DNA of 62,959 bases, the filler included, from Octopus bimaculoides (taxonomy: Eukaryota), in NCBI RefSeq assembly GCF_001194135.2. It is 5 parts of 5 records of this genome, joined end to end, with 100 filler letters (N's around TTAATTAATTAA, not from the genome) between each part and the next. Parts side by side here need not be neighbours in the genome. Positions count along the whole stretch, not along the records: positions 29,586 to 39,996 come from NC_068984.1; positions 40,097 to 53,873 come from NC_068992.1; 3 more parts are not named here. One strand, given 5' to 3'. Below are positions 35,971-49,434 of this stretch, piece by piece (positions within the stretch are counted from its first letter, which is position 1; the number at the start of each line of letters is the position of its first letter). A program made the translations under genes and the position numbers. The notes below the pieces were generated by a model, which saw only the letters and a program-made list of their open reading frames with translations, was not told where the DNA came from and made no database searches.

Positions 35971-36805
35971 CGCATCTATATGAATACTAACTCATATTTC
36001 ATAACGGAAGCACGAACAAGCGAATACAGAAAATATATTTAAGGCTAAGGAAAATACAATCTGCTGCCCTTATACAAACTATACACTCACACATACACGC
36101 ACACACACACACGCATGCGTACTCACACATACACACACATGAAGCATACACCTATATTCACACTTACGCACACACTCATTAATATAAATAAACATATACA
36201 TACACGCATTAAATCAATCATCCAAGCCCACATCACACATTTTTATAAAAACAAATATTTGATAAAACTTCAAGGGCTTACTCAAACATACCCGCAATAA
36301 CTCACACGGACATATATACATACGTAAGTACTTACATACATACATCCATACATACAGTCATACCTATATATATTTATACATACATATATATGTATATATG
36401 TGTGTATATTATATATATATGTATTTACTTATATATGTATATATATTTACACACACGCATACACACACACACTCTCTCTCTCTCATACATACACATACAT
36501 GCATTGACGCGACACACCCACACAATCCACAAATTTACTAGTACACGCTTCATTATTATAACTTCTGGATGGGGAGCTATGGAGAGTAGAGTCGGTAGAG
36601 TTAGCATATCTTTTTTTCATCAAGTGTTTAAATCCCGCTTGGATCGATTTTTGCCTTTCATCGTCTAGGATGAATAAAATATGTACTATTGAAGTCCTTT
36701 TTTCAATCTCTTCAACTATTTCAAACTCCCTGAATATGGAATACTCGTGTGTATATTCGTTATTATATAAGAGCGCTAACTTTTAAAGCACTTGGCCATG
36801 TTCCG

Positions 36806-36834
<29 letters not shown>

Positions 36835-36837
<3 letters not shown>

Positions 36838-37121
36838 TTCTTGTTTTTAAAGCCTGCTACTTATTCTACCGATCTCTTTCGTCGCAGCGCTAATTTACGG
36901 AGACGTAAACACACCGAAACCGGCTGTCGTGTCGTGTTGTGAGACAACAGACATAAAAACACCCAAATACACTCACACACACACGTGCACGTGCGAGCGC
37001 ACACACACACACACACTCATACATGTATATATTCGACGGGCTTTTTTTAGTTTCTGTCTATCAAATCCACTCACAAGGCTCTGGTCAACCCAGCGCTATA
37101 GTAAAAGACACTTGTCCAAAG
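36835..37121 (-). mobile_element. SINE family B, partial
   Basis: CTACTTATTCTA..ACGTAAACACACCG and CAAATCCACTCACAAGGC blocks. Confidence 0.75.
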
Positions 37122-37233
37122 TACAACCTTATCTTTCTCAAGTCCGTACCTCTTTGCAAATGAATGAGACATCTCTCAGTGAATAGACGAGCTTAATAGA
37201 ATGTGTCTATAAATCTTCAACACAGCATCACTA

Positions 37234-37587
37234 TGTGTTAAGAAGTTTGCTTCCCAACAACATAGTTTCCGGTTCAGGTCACTCCCACTGCGTGGCATCA
37301 TGGGTATGTGTCTTCTCCCGAAGACTCGGGCCACGGAAAAGTTTGAGATTAGATTTGGCAGACGGAAACTGTGTGGAATCCCGTTGTATACATATATGTG
37401 TTTGAGTCTTTATGTTTAAGTCTATCCCCCACCGTTGGTTTACCTGCCCGTGATTCAGAGGTTTTGCAAAAGAGACCAATTAAATTAGTACCAGACTTCA
37501 AAAAACTGAATACTGGGATCGATTTTTTCAATCAAACACTTCATGACTGCAGTCTAATGACTGAAACAAGTAAGAGATAAAAAGATA
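37234..37587 (+). mobile_element. SINE family B, degenerate
   Basis: CCCACTGCGTGGCA, GACGGAAACTG and ATGACTGAAACAAGTAAGAG blocks. Confidence 0.65.
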
Positions 37588-38477
37588 AACAATTGTAAAG
37601 TTTCATTTGGCTTCAGCAAAATCTAGCATAGACCAGAATTGAGACTTGGAATTGCGTCAAGAAAATTAGCAATTTTCATACTCTTCCCAAAATCACACAT
37701 ACATTATGATTCATGAAGAATTTTCAAGTAGGATTTCCTAAGTCGATTTAATTCGGAGATGGTGTTATTAATAGTTGTGGAAAGATATTCATCACGGTAC
37801 AATTCTCTGCTCAACTCTGGTAAAAAAAATAATTTTTATATACTTCGTGCAAGAGTTATATCCCTATCATATCAATTAACTAAACTGGATTGGAGAAGCC
37901 CTTGACTACTGACATAGAATTAGTATATTCTAGATGTTAAAATTATATCTGTATCATTATCAGTTCAAGAATATGGGTGTGTGTGAGTGCATGTCTGTAT
38001 GCAGGTATGCATGATGTATATGTATACATATATATATATATGTGTATGTGTATGTATATATATAAATATATATAAATATTTCTTTATATATATACACACA
38101 TATATATATATATATATTGTAAAGAGATAGATCAAGAAAGTGAGAGATAGAGATAGATAGAGAGAGGGAGAGAGAGACTTCATCTTGTTTTTTAAAAATC
38201 ATTTTGCATGCCGTAAATTGCAGCTTGCAATTTAATATATTAGGCGTAAAATGGTGGACTTATACGCTTAATACAATCATTCATCCCTATTAATTTGTAT
38301 CTCATATTAAACATATGAGACAGAAACCAACAAATCAAGCATCTAGAAATGATACTTGTACATCGGAGACAATATTCTAGTTTTTACGCGTGTATATATG
38401 AATATATACATGCATACATACATACATACATACATACATACATGCATACATACATACATACATACATGTGTGTGTAT

Positions 38478-38733
38478 ATCAGGTGATCACGTGACGAAAC
38501 AAAGTATCAGATGTGGTTATATATCGCCGTTCACAATGAACTTTGCATCGTTTTAACCTTCGAAACACGATTCCCCGCTGAATAGGCGGACAGGCTAACA
38601 TTCCCCTGTGACCGAAAGAGGGACTGCGGCAACGTGGAAAAGAAGATTTTTAACGCAAGAAAACAATGCACCACCCGGTCGGTAAATCGAATCCACGATG
38701 TAGCGATCGTGAGTGCAACAGCTTAACGACAAG
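38478..38733 (-). mobile_element. tRNA-derived SINE of another family (E)
   Basis: GGCGTATGGCCTTGTCGTTAAG head and GGATTCGAT B-box-like motif; distinct body ending CACATCTGATA..CACGTGATCACCTGATA. Confidence 0.6.
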
Positions 38734-38762
38734 GCCATACGCCTTTGTGTGTGTGTGTGTGT

Positions 38763-38811
<49 letters not shown>

Positions 38812-39173
38812 NNNNNNNNNNNNNNNNNNNNNNNNNNNNNNNNNNNNNNNNNNNNNNNNNCGTGCGTGCGTGCGCGTATGTGTGTGTGTGTGTGTGTGCG
38901 GGTGTCTGCGTGTGTGTAATTTAAATGAGGAAAGAGAAGTTAAAATGACATTACAATTGTTTCAGTAATGGGACAACATCGTTTATTTCACATACCATGC
39001 AATCTGCAGGGTTTATATTAAGGTTTCTGCTCAGCCCCTTGCACGTTAATTACAGGAGCAAGCTGTTCCGTTGATTGTATCATCTTGTATCAGCTGGGAC
39101 CCTTATCGTCGTAATCGACGGAGTGCTCCTATATATATATATATATATACTTTATTTAAAAGCAGCAGAAATA

Positions 39174-39229
39174 TAACAAAAAGCTGTTACTCAGAGTTTC
39201 ACGTTCCCGTTCATCGGACAGTTTTGTTA
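39174..39229 (-). ncRNA. Minimal type I hammerhead ribozyme (inverted copy)
   Basis: Reverse complement reads TAACAAAACTGT-CCGATGA-ACGGGAACGT-GAAA-CTCTGAGTA-ACAGCTTTTTGTTA. Confidence 0.7.
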
Positions 39230-39400
39230 AAAATAGGAGACAGACAGATTGAAAGGATACTTATAATCCTGGTTACCGCCTTAGCACATTATACAGGACC
39301 ATAGCAAGCGTAGTATATCAAAATCAAAAAGAGATCCGTATGAATTCAATTGATACAAAAAAGGAGCACTACACAACTCCAAGGTAAGTTTCAGTAACCT

Positions 39401-39456
39401 TAACAAAACTGTCCGATGAACGGGAACGTGAAACTCTGAGTAACAGCGTTTTGTTA
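39401..39456 (+). ncRNA. Minimal type I hammerhead ribozyme
   Basis: Stem I TAACAAAA-CTGT / ACAG-cg-TTTTGTTA; core CCGATGA 39413-39419; stem II ACG-ggaa-CGT; GAAA 39430-39433; stem III CT-ctg-AG; GUA site ending 39442. Confidence 0.7.
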
Positions 39457-39560
39457 TATTTCTGCTGCTTTTACATAAAGCATATTACTCTACTTCTGGT
39501 ATTTGAGTCCTGTTTTTTCCACCTCGTCGCACATTTATGTGCCTACTCCAGTAAACTTTA

Positions 39561-39996
39561 TCAATCGAAATAACCACCATCAGAATCAGCACGCTTTTGC
39601 CAACGCGAAACAAGTTTATTTATGCGAGTAGCATAAAAATCCTGCGTTCTGGTGGCGATGAAGTCGTTGAAGGCATGTTTGGCATCGTCTTGGTTTTTGA
39701 AGCATTTTTCACGCAGGAAGTTGTCGAGATGCTTGAAAAAGTGGTAGTCGGTAGGCGAGAGGTCTGGTGAGTATGGCGGATGAGGCAGAGTTTCGTAGCC
39801 CAATTTGTTCAACTTCTGCAGGGTCATTTGCGCGACGTGAGGCCGATCGTTGTCGTGGAGAAGAATTGGTCCTTTTCTATCGACCAATGCTGGCTGTTGT
39901 TGTCGGAGTTTCTTTCATACATTTCATACATTTTCTGACAGTACTTCTCCGCCGTAATTGTTTCGCCTGGATCCAAAAAGCTGCGATGGATGAGAC
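39561..39996 (-). pseudogene. Mariner transposase C-terminal fragment (D,D34D)
   Basis: ILLHDN.RPH, LPHPPYSPDLSPTDYHFF, RWQK..DSDGGYFD*; upstream FLDPGETITAEKYC in another frame. Confidence 0.93.
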
Positions 39997-40099
39997 NNNN
40001 NNNNNNNNNNNNNNNNNNNNNNNNNNNNNNNNNNNNNNNNTTAATTAATTAANNNNNNNNNNNNNNNNNNNNNNNNNNNNNNNNNNNNNNNNNNNNATA

Positions 40100-40439
40100 T
40101 ATATATATATATATACACACCATTAAAGTGAAAGTATCTGTCATTACAGTATCGAAATGTGATTGTTTCAGTTAGTGGAATAGTTACATTTTTAAAGTGA
40201 AAGTATTTGACATGAGTGTTTTTGTTTCACTTTTGACACGTAATACTTAAATAGTGGAGGAGATATGATGTTGCTGTGGGCTCGAACTATGCAAGAAGTT
40301 AAAAAATTTTTTTGACTAAAACACAACCGGAACCCTAAGTAAGACATGTGTAAAATTTGAATGAAATTGGTTGTGTAGTTCTCGAGTTTTAGGGAAACAG
40401 ACAGACAGACACACATTCTCATTTTTATATATATATAGA
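40100..40439 (-). mobile_element. Non-autonomous Helitron 5' end
   Basis: A|TCTATATATATATAAAAATGAGAATGTGTGTCTGTCTGTCTG at 40439; same layout as the 5' ends at 15046 and 47923. Confidence 0.65.
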
Positions 40440-40574
40440 TTTATGAATGTTTGGGCCTGCAAAGGATTTTGAGTCCAGTGCACTTATCCCTGTGGGGCCA
40501 CCCACATTGTAACAGAAGCATTGTCTTCAAAGGTTTATTGTAACGATGTCTACCACCTATCTGTCGAAGTCCAA

Positions 40575-40852
40575 GTTGTTGTTGGCACTCCGTCGCTTAC
40601 GACGTCGAGGATTCCAGTTGATCCGATCAACGGAACAGCCTGCTCGTGAAATTAACGTGCAAGTGGCTGAGCACTCCACAGACATGTCTACCCATAACGT
40701 AGTTCTCGGGGAGATTCAGCGTGACACAGTGTGACAAGGCTGACCCTTTGAATTACAGGCACAACAGAAACAGGAAGATAGAGTGAGAGAAAGTTGTGGT
40801 GAAAGAGTACAGCAGGGTTCGCCACCATCCCCTGCCGGAGCCCCGTGGGGCT
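40575..40852 (-). mobile_element. SINE family C, 3' portion
   Basis: Reverse complement of the family C body, with a (CAA)n tail at about 40575-40583. Confidence 0.8.
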
Positions 40853-41657
40853 NNNNNNNNNNNNNNNNNNNNNNNNNNNNNNNNNNNNNNNNNNNNNNNN
40901 NNNNNNNNNNNNNNNNNNNNNNNNNNNNNNNNNNNNNNNNNNNNNNNNNNNNNNNNNNNNNNNNNNNNNNNNNNNNNNNNNNNNNNNNNNNNNNNNNNNN
41001 NNNNNNNNNNNNNNNNNNNNNNNNNNNNNNNNNNNNNNNNNNNNNNNNNNNNNNNNNNNNNNNNNNNNNNNNNNNNNNNNNNNNNNNNNNNNNNNNNNNN
41101 NNNNNNNNNNNNNNNNNNNNNNNNNNNNNNNNNNNNNNNNNNNNNNNNNNNNNNNNNNNNNNNNNNNNNNNNNNNNNNNNNNNNNNNNNNNNNNNNNNNN
41201 NNNNNNNNNNNNNNNNNNNNNNNNNNNNNNNNNNNNNNNNNNNNNNNNNNNNNNNNNNNNNNNNNNNNNNNNNNNNNNNNNNNNNNNNNNNNNNNNNNNN
41301 NNNNNNNNNNNNNNNNNNNNNNNNNNNNNNNNNNNNNNNNNNNNNNNNNNNNNNNNNNNNNNNNNNNNNNNNNNNNNNNNNNNNNNNNNNNNNNNNNNNN
41401 NNNNNNNNNNNNNNNNNNNNNNNNNNNNNNNNNNNNNNNNNNNNNNNNNNNNNNNNNNNNNNNNNNNNNNNNNNNNNNNNNNNNNNNNNNNNNNNNNNNN
41501 NNNNNNNNNNNNNNNNNNNNNNNNNNNNNNNNNNNNNNNNNNNNNNNNNNNNNNNNNNNNNNNNNNNNNNNNNNNNNNNNNNNNNNNNNNNNNNNNNNNN
41601 NNNNNNNCATTTGGTTACATTTTATATATCTGTGTGTGTGTGTGGTTACATTTTACA

Positions 41658-41699
<42 letters not shown>

Positions 41700-41702
<3 letters not shown>

Positions 41703-41863
41703 GATAGGCTTCTTTCAGTTTCCGTCAACCAAATCAACTCACAAGGCTTTCGTCGGGCCGGGTTATAGTATATGACACTTGCCCAAGGTGTTACGCAGGG
41801 GAACTGAAACCGGAACCATGTGGTTGGGAAGCAAGCTTCTTACCCCACAGTCACTCCTGCGTC
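41700..41863 (-). mobile_element. SINE family B, 5' half
   Basis: Matches about 24390-24553. Confidence 0.8.
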
Positions 41864-41876
41864 TTTGTATATACAG

Positions 41877-41907
<31 letters not shown>

Positions 41908-42051
41908 TGTATGTATGTATTATGCATGTATGTATGTATGTATGTATGTATGTATGTATGTATGTATGTATGTGCGTATGTATGTATGTATGTATGTATG
42001 TGTGTATGTATGTATATATGACTCTGTGTGTGTGTGTGTGTGCGTGTGTGC

Positions 42052-42097
<46 letters not shown>

Positions 42098-43292
42098 GGA
42101 ATGTTTGCAAGGGGAAACGAAGTTGTTTCGGGCTCTGCCCCTTCATACAAGTCAGAAATTTACGTAACGCATTCTGGGTCTTCGGGCCTGTCCTTAGATC
42201 GGGACCAATGTTGTTGCTGATAATACCACCCCTTCTCATATAAGCTTTGTACACACACACACACACACACACTGACAGATGGACGTGTGTATGTGTGCGT
42301 ATGTGTTTATATAAATCGAACGAAGTGTACTTACCGGAGAATATTTTGCCAGCAGTAACATAAACAAAGTTCAAACAAGCTAAGAGGATGTACAAAATGG
42401 ACCAAGTGTTCATACTTAATGTTGCTTCTCTAATAAAGTGGCTTCTCTAATAAAGTTACATTGTGAGTTCTATGCATTTTACTTGAACAGGATGTTGACG
42501 TTATGGTGTTTACATTCTAAGCCGGGACGTGTGGAGTGACTTGCATTAAAAACATACACATACTCGTACACACAGATAAAGACTCATGAATGTGACTGAC
42601 AATTAAATGTTTCGTCACTTTCGTGGTATTCGTCTCTAAATTTTCCAAGCTGAAATAGTATACATGTATAAACCTCATAATAAAATAAATTGTATACATT
42701 TCATAAAAACGAATTGTAAAGTAATATATCCCCAGACGTAAATTTAAGGAATATATATTAATGTACATACATATGAGCACGTGCGTATACAAACATAGTG
42801 ACAAATCTGCAAAAAATCTCGGACCAACTTTCTACACCCGGATCGCAGATATGTCTCCAACAATAATAACTCTTTGCTAGAGTGGGCCATGGTGCCCCAT
42901 ATATGACTAAAAGACTTCACCAGGTGGTGCTATTGAGTTAGGCATGGCTTGGGGCCTATACTGGCCGAAACCTATTNNNNNNNNNNNNNNNNNNNNNNNN
43001 NNNNNNNNNNNNNNNNNNNNNNNNNNNNNNNNNNNNNNNNNNNNNNNNNNNNNNNNNNNNNNNNNNNNNNNNNNNNNNNNNNNNNNNNNNNNNNNNNNNN
43101 NNNNNNNNNNNNNNNNNNNNNNNNNNNNNNNNNNNNNNNNNNNNNNNNNNNNNNNNNNNNNNNNNNNNNNNNNNNNNNNNNNNNNNNNNNNNNNNNNNNN
43201 NNNNNNNNNNNNNNNNNNNNNNNNNNNNNNNNNNNNNNNNNNNNNNNNNNNNNNNNNNNNNNNNNNNNNNNNNNNNNNNNNNNNNNNNNNNN

Positions 43293-43388
43293 TTAGCCTG
43301 GAATTTATTCTACCCGTCAGTTTTGCCTAAGTTACGGGAACGTACACACGCCAACAGCGGTTGTCAAGTGGTGATTGGGGGGAGGGGG

Positions 43389-43443
<55 letters not shown>

Positions 43444-43612
43444 CACACACATACACGACGGACTTCTTTTAGTTTCTATCTACCAAATCCACTCACAAGG
43501 CTTTGGTCGACGCGGGTCTAGATTAGAAGACACTCGCGTAAGGTGTCACGCAGTGGGACTGAACCCAGAACTATGTGTTTGGGAAGCAATTTTCTAACAA
43601 TACAGCCACGCC
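43293..43612 (-). mobile_element. SINE family B
   Basis: Both halves present with internal (CA)n. Confidence 0.8.
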
Positions 43613-44659
43613 TTAGTTGTACATAAATCTGAAAAATGTACATTTTAAAGGAAAATAGAGGCGTTATATGTTTATATTGTTGAGTGCGCTGTTAATTTCT
43701 AAATACAATATTCACGAACCACCGGTAAAATACTGAACAGAGATATGCCAGGACCAGAAATATGCTACTCATCAACATATATATGTGCTAACGTGTTTAA
43801 TACCCCACTGAAAGACAATCGAGTAACTGACACGCTACGCGCCCCACGTCCAACCGTATGTGATATTCATGATAATGAACTGATGTTGCTGAATGCACTA
43901 CTTCGTACTTTGCCGCCAAAGTGGCGACAGCTTTCTACCAATATTATGTCCTTAGTATGTGAGCCTAAGAATAAAGAAAAGAGCTGATGTCGCTTCTACA
44001 GTAGGAATACAATGTGACTTGAGTTGACCAATAACAGCCAAAAAAAAAAAAAAAAAAAATCTAGAAGCCATCTTCAATTTGTATCCACGTGTAATATCAA
44101 AGATCCCGGTTGCTACCCTTTAAATAACAGCTGCTTCATTAAAGGTGTTGTGCATAGGCTTATGGTACAGATTGCTAATACGCTACATACAAACGTTACG
44201 CTGGTGCCACAGAAGAAAATAAGTCATCAACGAGTTTGGCAAATAAAAGAAGTTTCTTCCAAAACTATCACAAACAAGCGTGGGTCGCTCTGGATTTCCG
44301 TGAGATGTCCTCTGTGCTTAAGGGAAAAGTATTTTATCCTCTTTAGAGAATAAGCAACAATATCATTTTATTTCAAAACAAGGGACAGACTTGAGTAGCT
44401 TGTTCTACACAACTTGCATGCAACCAAAACGAAATAAAAAAAATTAAAAAAACGAATAGGTCACTGGGTAAAGATTTTGTAAGAAATATGTATCAACATA
44501 ATATTGTTGATAATAAAATTTAATTAGAAAATTGGACAAAACTGAGAACACAATTGAAAAAATTAAAAACAAAAAAACAAAAAAGAGAAAAAGAAAAACC
44601 CAAAAGAATTCACTACCTTGGGTTGAAAAGTTTGGGACGCTGGGAAACCCCTCTAATGG

Positions 44660-45300
44660 CTATTGAGGCACGCCATCACGCTTGCAGCGTTGCCGCGTTG
44701 CCGCGGGTGACTGGATTGATGCGAGCCCTGTGGCTAATGTTGATGGCTTGGACAAACTTCGTGTCTCCATTGCCCTCAGAGTGGGAGCTGACGTATGCAC
44801 GAGTTTGATCTGTCGTTGTGGCAAGATCCTCGGCTCCACAGGCCCCAATGGCCTTTCTTGCCGCTTGAATGCTGGTCGCTTCGCGCGTCATACGGAGTTG
44901 AACCTGATATTCAAGAGAAGCTTGGCCCAGGCAAACATCCCTTCCATCTTGGAACCATCTGAATTGTCCAGATGTGATGGGAAGAGACCTGACGGCCTCA
45001 TCCTGTGCCCCTGGTTGTAAGGCAGATGTCTTGTGTGAGATGTCACAATTAGCTACTCCTTTGCTTCTTCTCGCGTCCTGGATGCTGCGGCGAGGGCGAG
45101 ATCCACAGCGTCTGCGGCCGAGTGGAACAAAATCCGGAAACACCGCGATCTGTCGGCCAACCACATTCTCCATCTTATGGCATTCGAGACATTTGGTGGG
45201 GTTGGACCACCAACTGCGAGATACCTGTCTTCACTGACAACTCGCCTTGCAGAGGTAACTGGTGAGGCTCCTGAAGGCGCTTGGCTGTTCCAGCGCATCG
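44660..45300 (+). pseudogene. CRE-clade non-LTR retrotransposon C-terminus (CCHC-like motif and restriction-like endonuclease)
   Basis: A single frame through two stops: AGDWIDASP, CRCG..G..GLSC..GRFARH, LEPSELSRCDGKRPDGL..PW..G..LV*DVT, AFETFGG.GP and LFQRI. Confidence 0.8.
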
Positions 45301-46370
45301 TAGTGGTAGTGATAGAGGTGATGATGGCGGAGATGTCGGAGTTGTTGTTTGTGATTAGAATGGTCATCTTGTTTTGTCTTCTTGCTTATCTAATAGTCAT
45401 GCCAGCAGTCGAAGAATTGTCACCCTCTCTCATTTTTTGTAGCAAGACACTCCTCTGTCTCTCCCTCTCTCTCTCTCATCGACGACAGAAATCCACTCGA
45501 AACTACCGTAAAAACCCATGTAATTTACGCACTGTTTTTCGCAAAAACAAAGATAAACTTAAGTGGGTGCATAAATTACATGAGTAGATCGTTCCCAGAA
45601 TTTTTTAAGAAACTTTTCTTGCTGAAAGATGACGTACGGCAAATTGACTCATTTGATATCAGAATAGGTTTTCACTGATAAAACATAATGAAACTGACTT
45701 TTATTTATGCTGGATGGTATAATGCTTACTTTTTCTGTATAAATTTACAAAAACTATTAAATGATTAACTACTTTTTGAAGTTTAACGTTCATGCTGGTA
45801 ATCACGGTCCGGGCCATATTTTACATTGCTTGGAGTTTCTACCTATCGCAATGGATCCCAGCAATTTTTTTTAATAGATCAGCTTTTCTCCGCTTAGGGA
45901 ATCTAGCTTGTGTTTACTCCAGGAAGCTATTTGCTCGCTTTCTTCACGTTACGACACAATGAAATTCCTCACCACCGATATCGTCGCTATCACCTCTTTG
46001 CTGCTGCCACTGAGCAAAAGGTCCAGATGGAGAATATGTAAACGGAACCTTTGNNNNNNNNNNNNNNNNNNNNNNNNNNNNNNNNNNNNNNNNNNNNNNN
46101 NNNNNNNNNNNNNNNNNNNNNNNNNNNNNNNNNNNNNNNNNNNNNNNNNNNNNNNNNNNNNNNNNNNNNNNNNNNNNNNNNNNNNNNNNNNNNNNNNNNN
46201 NNNNNNNNNNNNNNNNNNNNNNNNNNNNNNNNNNNNNTTGAATCGATGTCATTAATATTTGCAAGTATATCATCTTCCATGATAACATTTATTTCTATTT
46301 ATTTCTGTCTCTGCAGTTGAATTCTGGGGAACAAAAAATTTCTTTGGCTTATGTATTATTTTATTTCTGA

Positions 46371-47923
46371 CTAGCAGTATAGCCCGGCTTTTCCCGGGAT
46401 TAAGTTAGGATTATTAAGCTAATCAAGTTCTTTATTTCAAACCAAACTAAGTAACATCGACGTCAAATTTGGGCGAAATCCGTTGAAATTGGTAAACTTT
46501 TGGCTGAAAATGAGTTGCAGACAACTTGATTGGGTTTATAAGGAATCGGTTTATCGATTTTTTCCACTCATCGATTTTTTTTTTCGGTTTTTGGAGAACT
46601 GAAAGCATTCAAAGATCCTATGAGTCCTAAGTAATGCTGGCATCAAGTCTGAACAAAATACATCAAAATTGGTAAAAGTTATGGTTGAAAATGGGGTGTA
46701 GCCAATTTTATTGGGAAATCCTATAAGAAATCGGTTTATCGATGTTTTTTATCCTGATTAAATGAAAAACCCCATAAGGAATCAGTTTATTGATTTTTCA
46801 CCCCAAATAGGACTTAACCGAACACAATATATATTTATATTTTAAAGTTGGTTTTCACACCCAACCCAAGTCTGCAGAATCAGTGTCGCGACTTGAGCGC
46901 ATGGGTTGGGAGTTTGATCGGCAGAGGTAATCAGGTTGCACATGCCAGCCCTTTGAAAACACCACCCCCATCATCTAACCCCACCTTAGCCCATGGGTTG
47001 GGAACCCTTCCAGCAAGGAAAATACAATGCCCAAAAGGGCTTCCGATTCTGTGTCAGAAGCGGTTATGTTCAGATCACAACTAAGTCTTAAGTATATGTG
47101 TGTAGGAGTGGCTGTGTGATAAGTAGCTAGCTTACCAACCACATGGTCCTGGGTTCAGTCCCACTGCGCGGCATCTTGGGCAAGTGTCTTCTACTATAGC
47201 CTCGGGCCGACCAAAGCCTTGTGAGTGGATTTGGTAGACGGAAACTGAAAGAAGCCCGTCGTATATATGTATATATATGTATGTGTGTGTGTATGTTTGT
47301 ATGTGTGTTTGTCCCCCAACATCGCTTGACAACCGATGCTGGTGTGTTTATGTCCCCGTAACTTAGCGGTTCGGCAAAAGAGATCGATAGAATAAGTACT
47401 AGGCTTCTAAAGAATAAGTCCTGGGGTCGATTTGCTCGACTAAAAGGCGGTGCTCCAGCATGGCCAGTCAAAAGACTGAAACAAGTAAAAGTGTAAAAGA
47501 GTATATATATATATATGAGCAACACATACACACGTAAGTACACCTATTGCATACATGTTTTTGTACGCATACATATTCGCGCGCGCGCGCGTTGCTCGTA
47601 TATCAACAAAAAACTTTTTTCCTCGATGGAAAAAAAAAATTAACAGGTCTTAAAAACTTACTCGACGCTAGAAGGGGACTTAACTTCTGTTTGTAAACAA
47701 TGGTGATTTCTCCGACTTGAAAATTGGTAAAAGTTTTGGTTGAAAATTTAATTTTACTGCTATTCACTGGTGCCTCTGGGGAAAATGAGTTGACGAAAAT
47801 ACAGCTAGGGTCATGACGAATGTCCTTTTAAAACTGGAGCGACATGCGTGCTAATTTGTGGACGTGCATAAATTACATTTACGTACACCTATACACACAC
47901 ATCCTGCGTTTTATATATACAGA
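46371..47923 (-). mobile_element. Non-autonomous Helitron with a nested SINE
   Basis: 5' A|TCTGTATATATAAAACGCAGG at 47923; 3' hairpin CCCGG-gaaaag-CCGGG then CTAG|T at 46371-46374. Confidence 0.75.
47101..47502 (+). mobile_element. SINE family B, full length
   Basis: Reverse complement of 24161-24553. Confidence 0.9.
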
Positions 47924-47969
47924 TTTGTGTGTGTGTGTGTGTGTGTGTGTGTTTGTGTGTGCTTGTGTG

Positions 47970-48008
<39 letters not shown>

Positions 48009-48009
<1 letters not shown>

Positions 48010-48672
48010 TAGCACTATAGCCCGGCTTTGCTCGGGATTAAGTTAGGATTACGTGAGTAATACCATCAATTGAGGCAAATCTGGCACCCGGACGTAAGTT
48101 TTGTAAGAGGAATAGAGAGGCCTATCTTATCCCGCAGAGATGTGAGAGTCAGATCTCTCCTTTCGAATGCATGAATAGTTTCGTAACATTGTTTACAAAA
48201 TAATAGCTGACCGTTTGCGAAGGAGCGTGTCTACAGTCAACGCTTAGCATTTTTGCTCTGGTAACTTCTACTCTCTCCCAAGTTCACGCACGACCAGTTA
48301 TATGTCTCTATGAGTAGAGCAAAGGATTCAGCAAATTTGGAAATTAGTTGTGGAGAAACGGAGAATATCGTTTATATTGTTTATCACTCACTAAAAAGAC
48401 GAAATTTAAAAAATCTGTTATCTCCCCCTCTCTCTCTCTCTTTACACCGTCGCTATAAGGGGACTTAACTCATGTTTGCAAATGCTGATGTATTTCTCCG
48501 ACTTGAAAATTGTTAGAAGTTATGGTTTAAAATTATTTTTAATGCAAAAATTCACCTGTTAGGAAACCAAAAATTAAATAAATAAATGGCCGATTCCGGG
48601 CATTTTCGACCATGAGGAATCCATTAGTGCGACTCCCAGATTGCTTTCTTGTAAGGTGTGGATTTCTATAGA
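48009..48672 (-). mobile_element. Second non-autonomous Helitron of the same family
   Basis: 3' end ..TAATCCTAACTTAATCCCGAGCAAAGCCGGGCTATAGTGCTAG|T at 48009; internal AAGGGGACTTAACT..CTCCGACTTGAAAATTG is shared with 47670-47750; the 5' end (A|TCTATAG at 48672) is tentative. Confidence 0.65.
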
Positions 48673-48678
48673 TGCAAC

Positions 48679-48767
<89 letters not shown>

Positions 48768-49394
48768 AACTCAGCTTAACAATATGTACTGATAGGTTGG
48801 GAAAATGCAGTTATATTATTGACTCAAGATTTCACATATTTGTTGGGAGGACCTAATTCATTTTGGTCCATTAAAGGACTAATCCAGTTGTGTTTCGCAA
48901 AGTCGAAAAAGAATTTGGGATTAGAATTGATATTCTCCACTGCTCGATGTTCATTTAGCGAAGTGTCTCTTTCATATTTTAGGCCCGATTTAATATTTTT
49001 AGATCCATTTTAATGATGTATATTTTCTTTTTGTCTTTTTCTTTTTCGCATTTCCTCTGTTGGGAGAGTTTGATTTTTAGTTGTTTTAGTTTTCTTGAGA
49101 GAATAGGCGTATTTATATGGGGAGTGCTTTAAACAGATTTTGATTAACTCTTCGTACTAAAACTGCATTCCTTTGTCAACATTAAAGTTATCAATATATT
49201 AAAATCAACTCAATATATATCTGTTTCAATTTCCTTTCACGTGACCTTCTTGGAATTCAAGTCCATGGGTGGTGGATGAGTCATATCTGATATTATATGG
49301 TAGTAGTGGTGGCGGCTGCGGCGGCGGCAGTAGTAGTAACAGTGGTGATGGTGGTGGTGGTGGTGGGGATGGGGTGTTGCTGAGGGTGGCTGCG

Positions 49395-49434
<40 letters not shown>

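Larger units (their letters stand above)
39146..39550 (+). mobile_element. Penelope-like element 3' remnant with inverted pseudo-LTRs
   Basis: Inverted arms 39146-39230 and 39400-39484; the spacer ends in KEHY..KFQ..LN, resembling a PLE endonuclease C-terminus; each arm carries a hammerhead. Confidence 0.7.
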
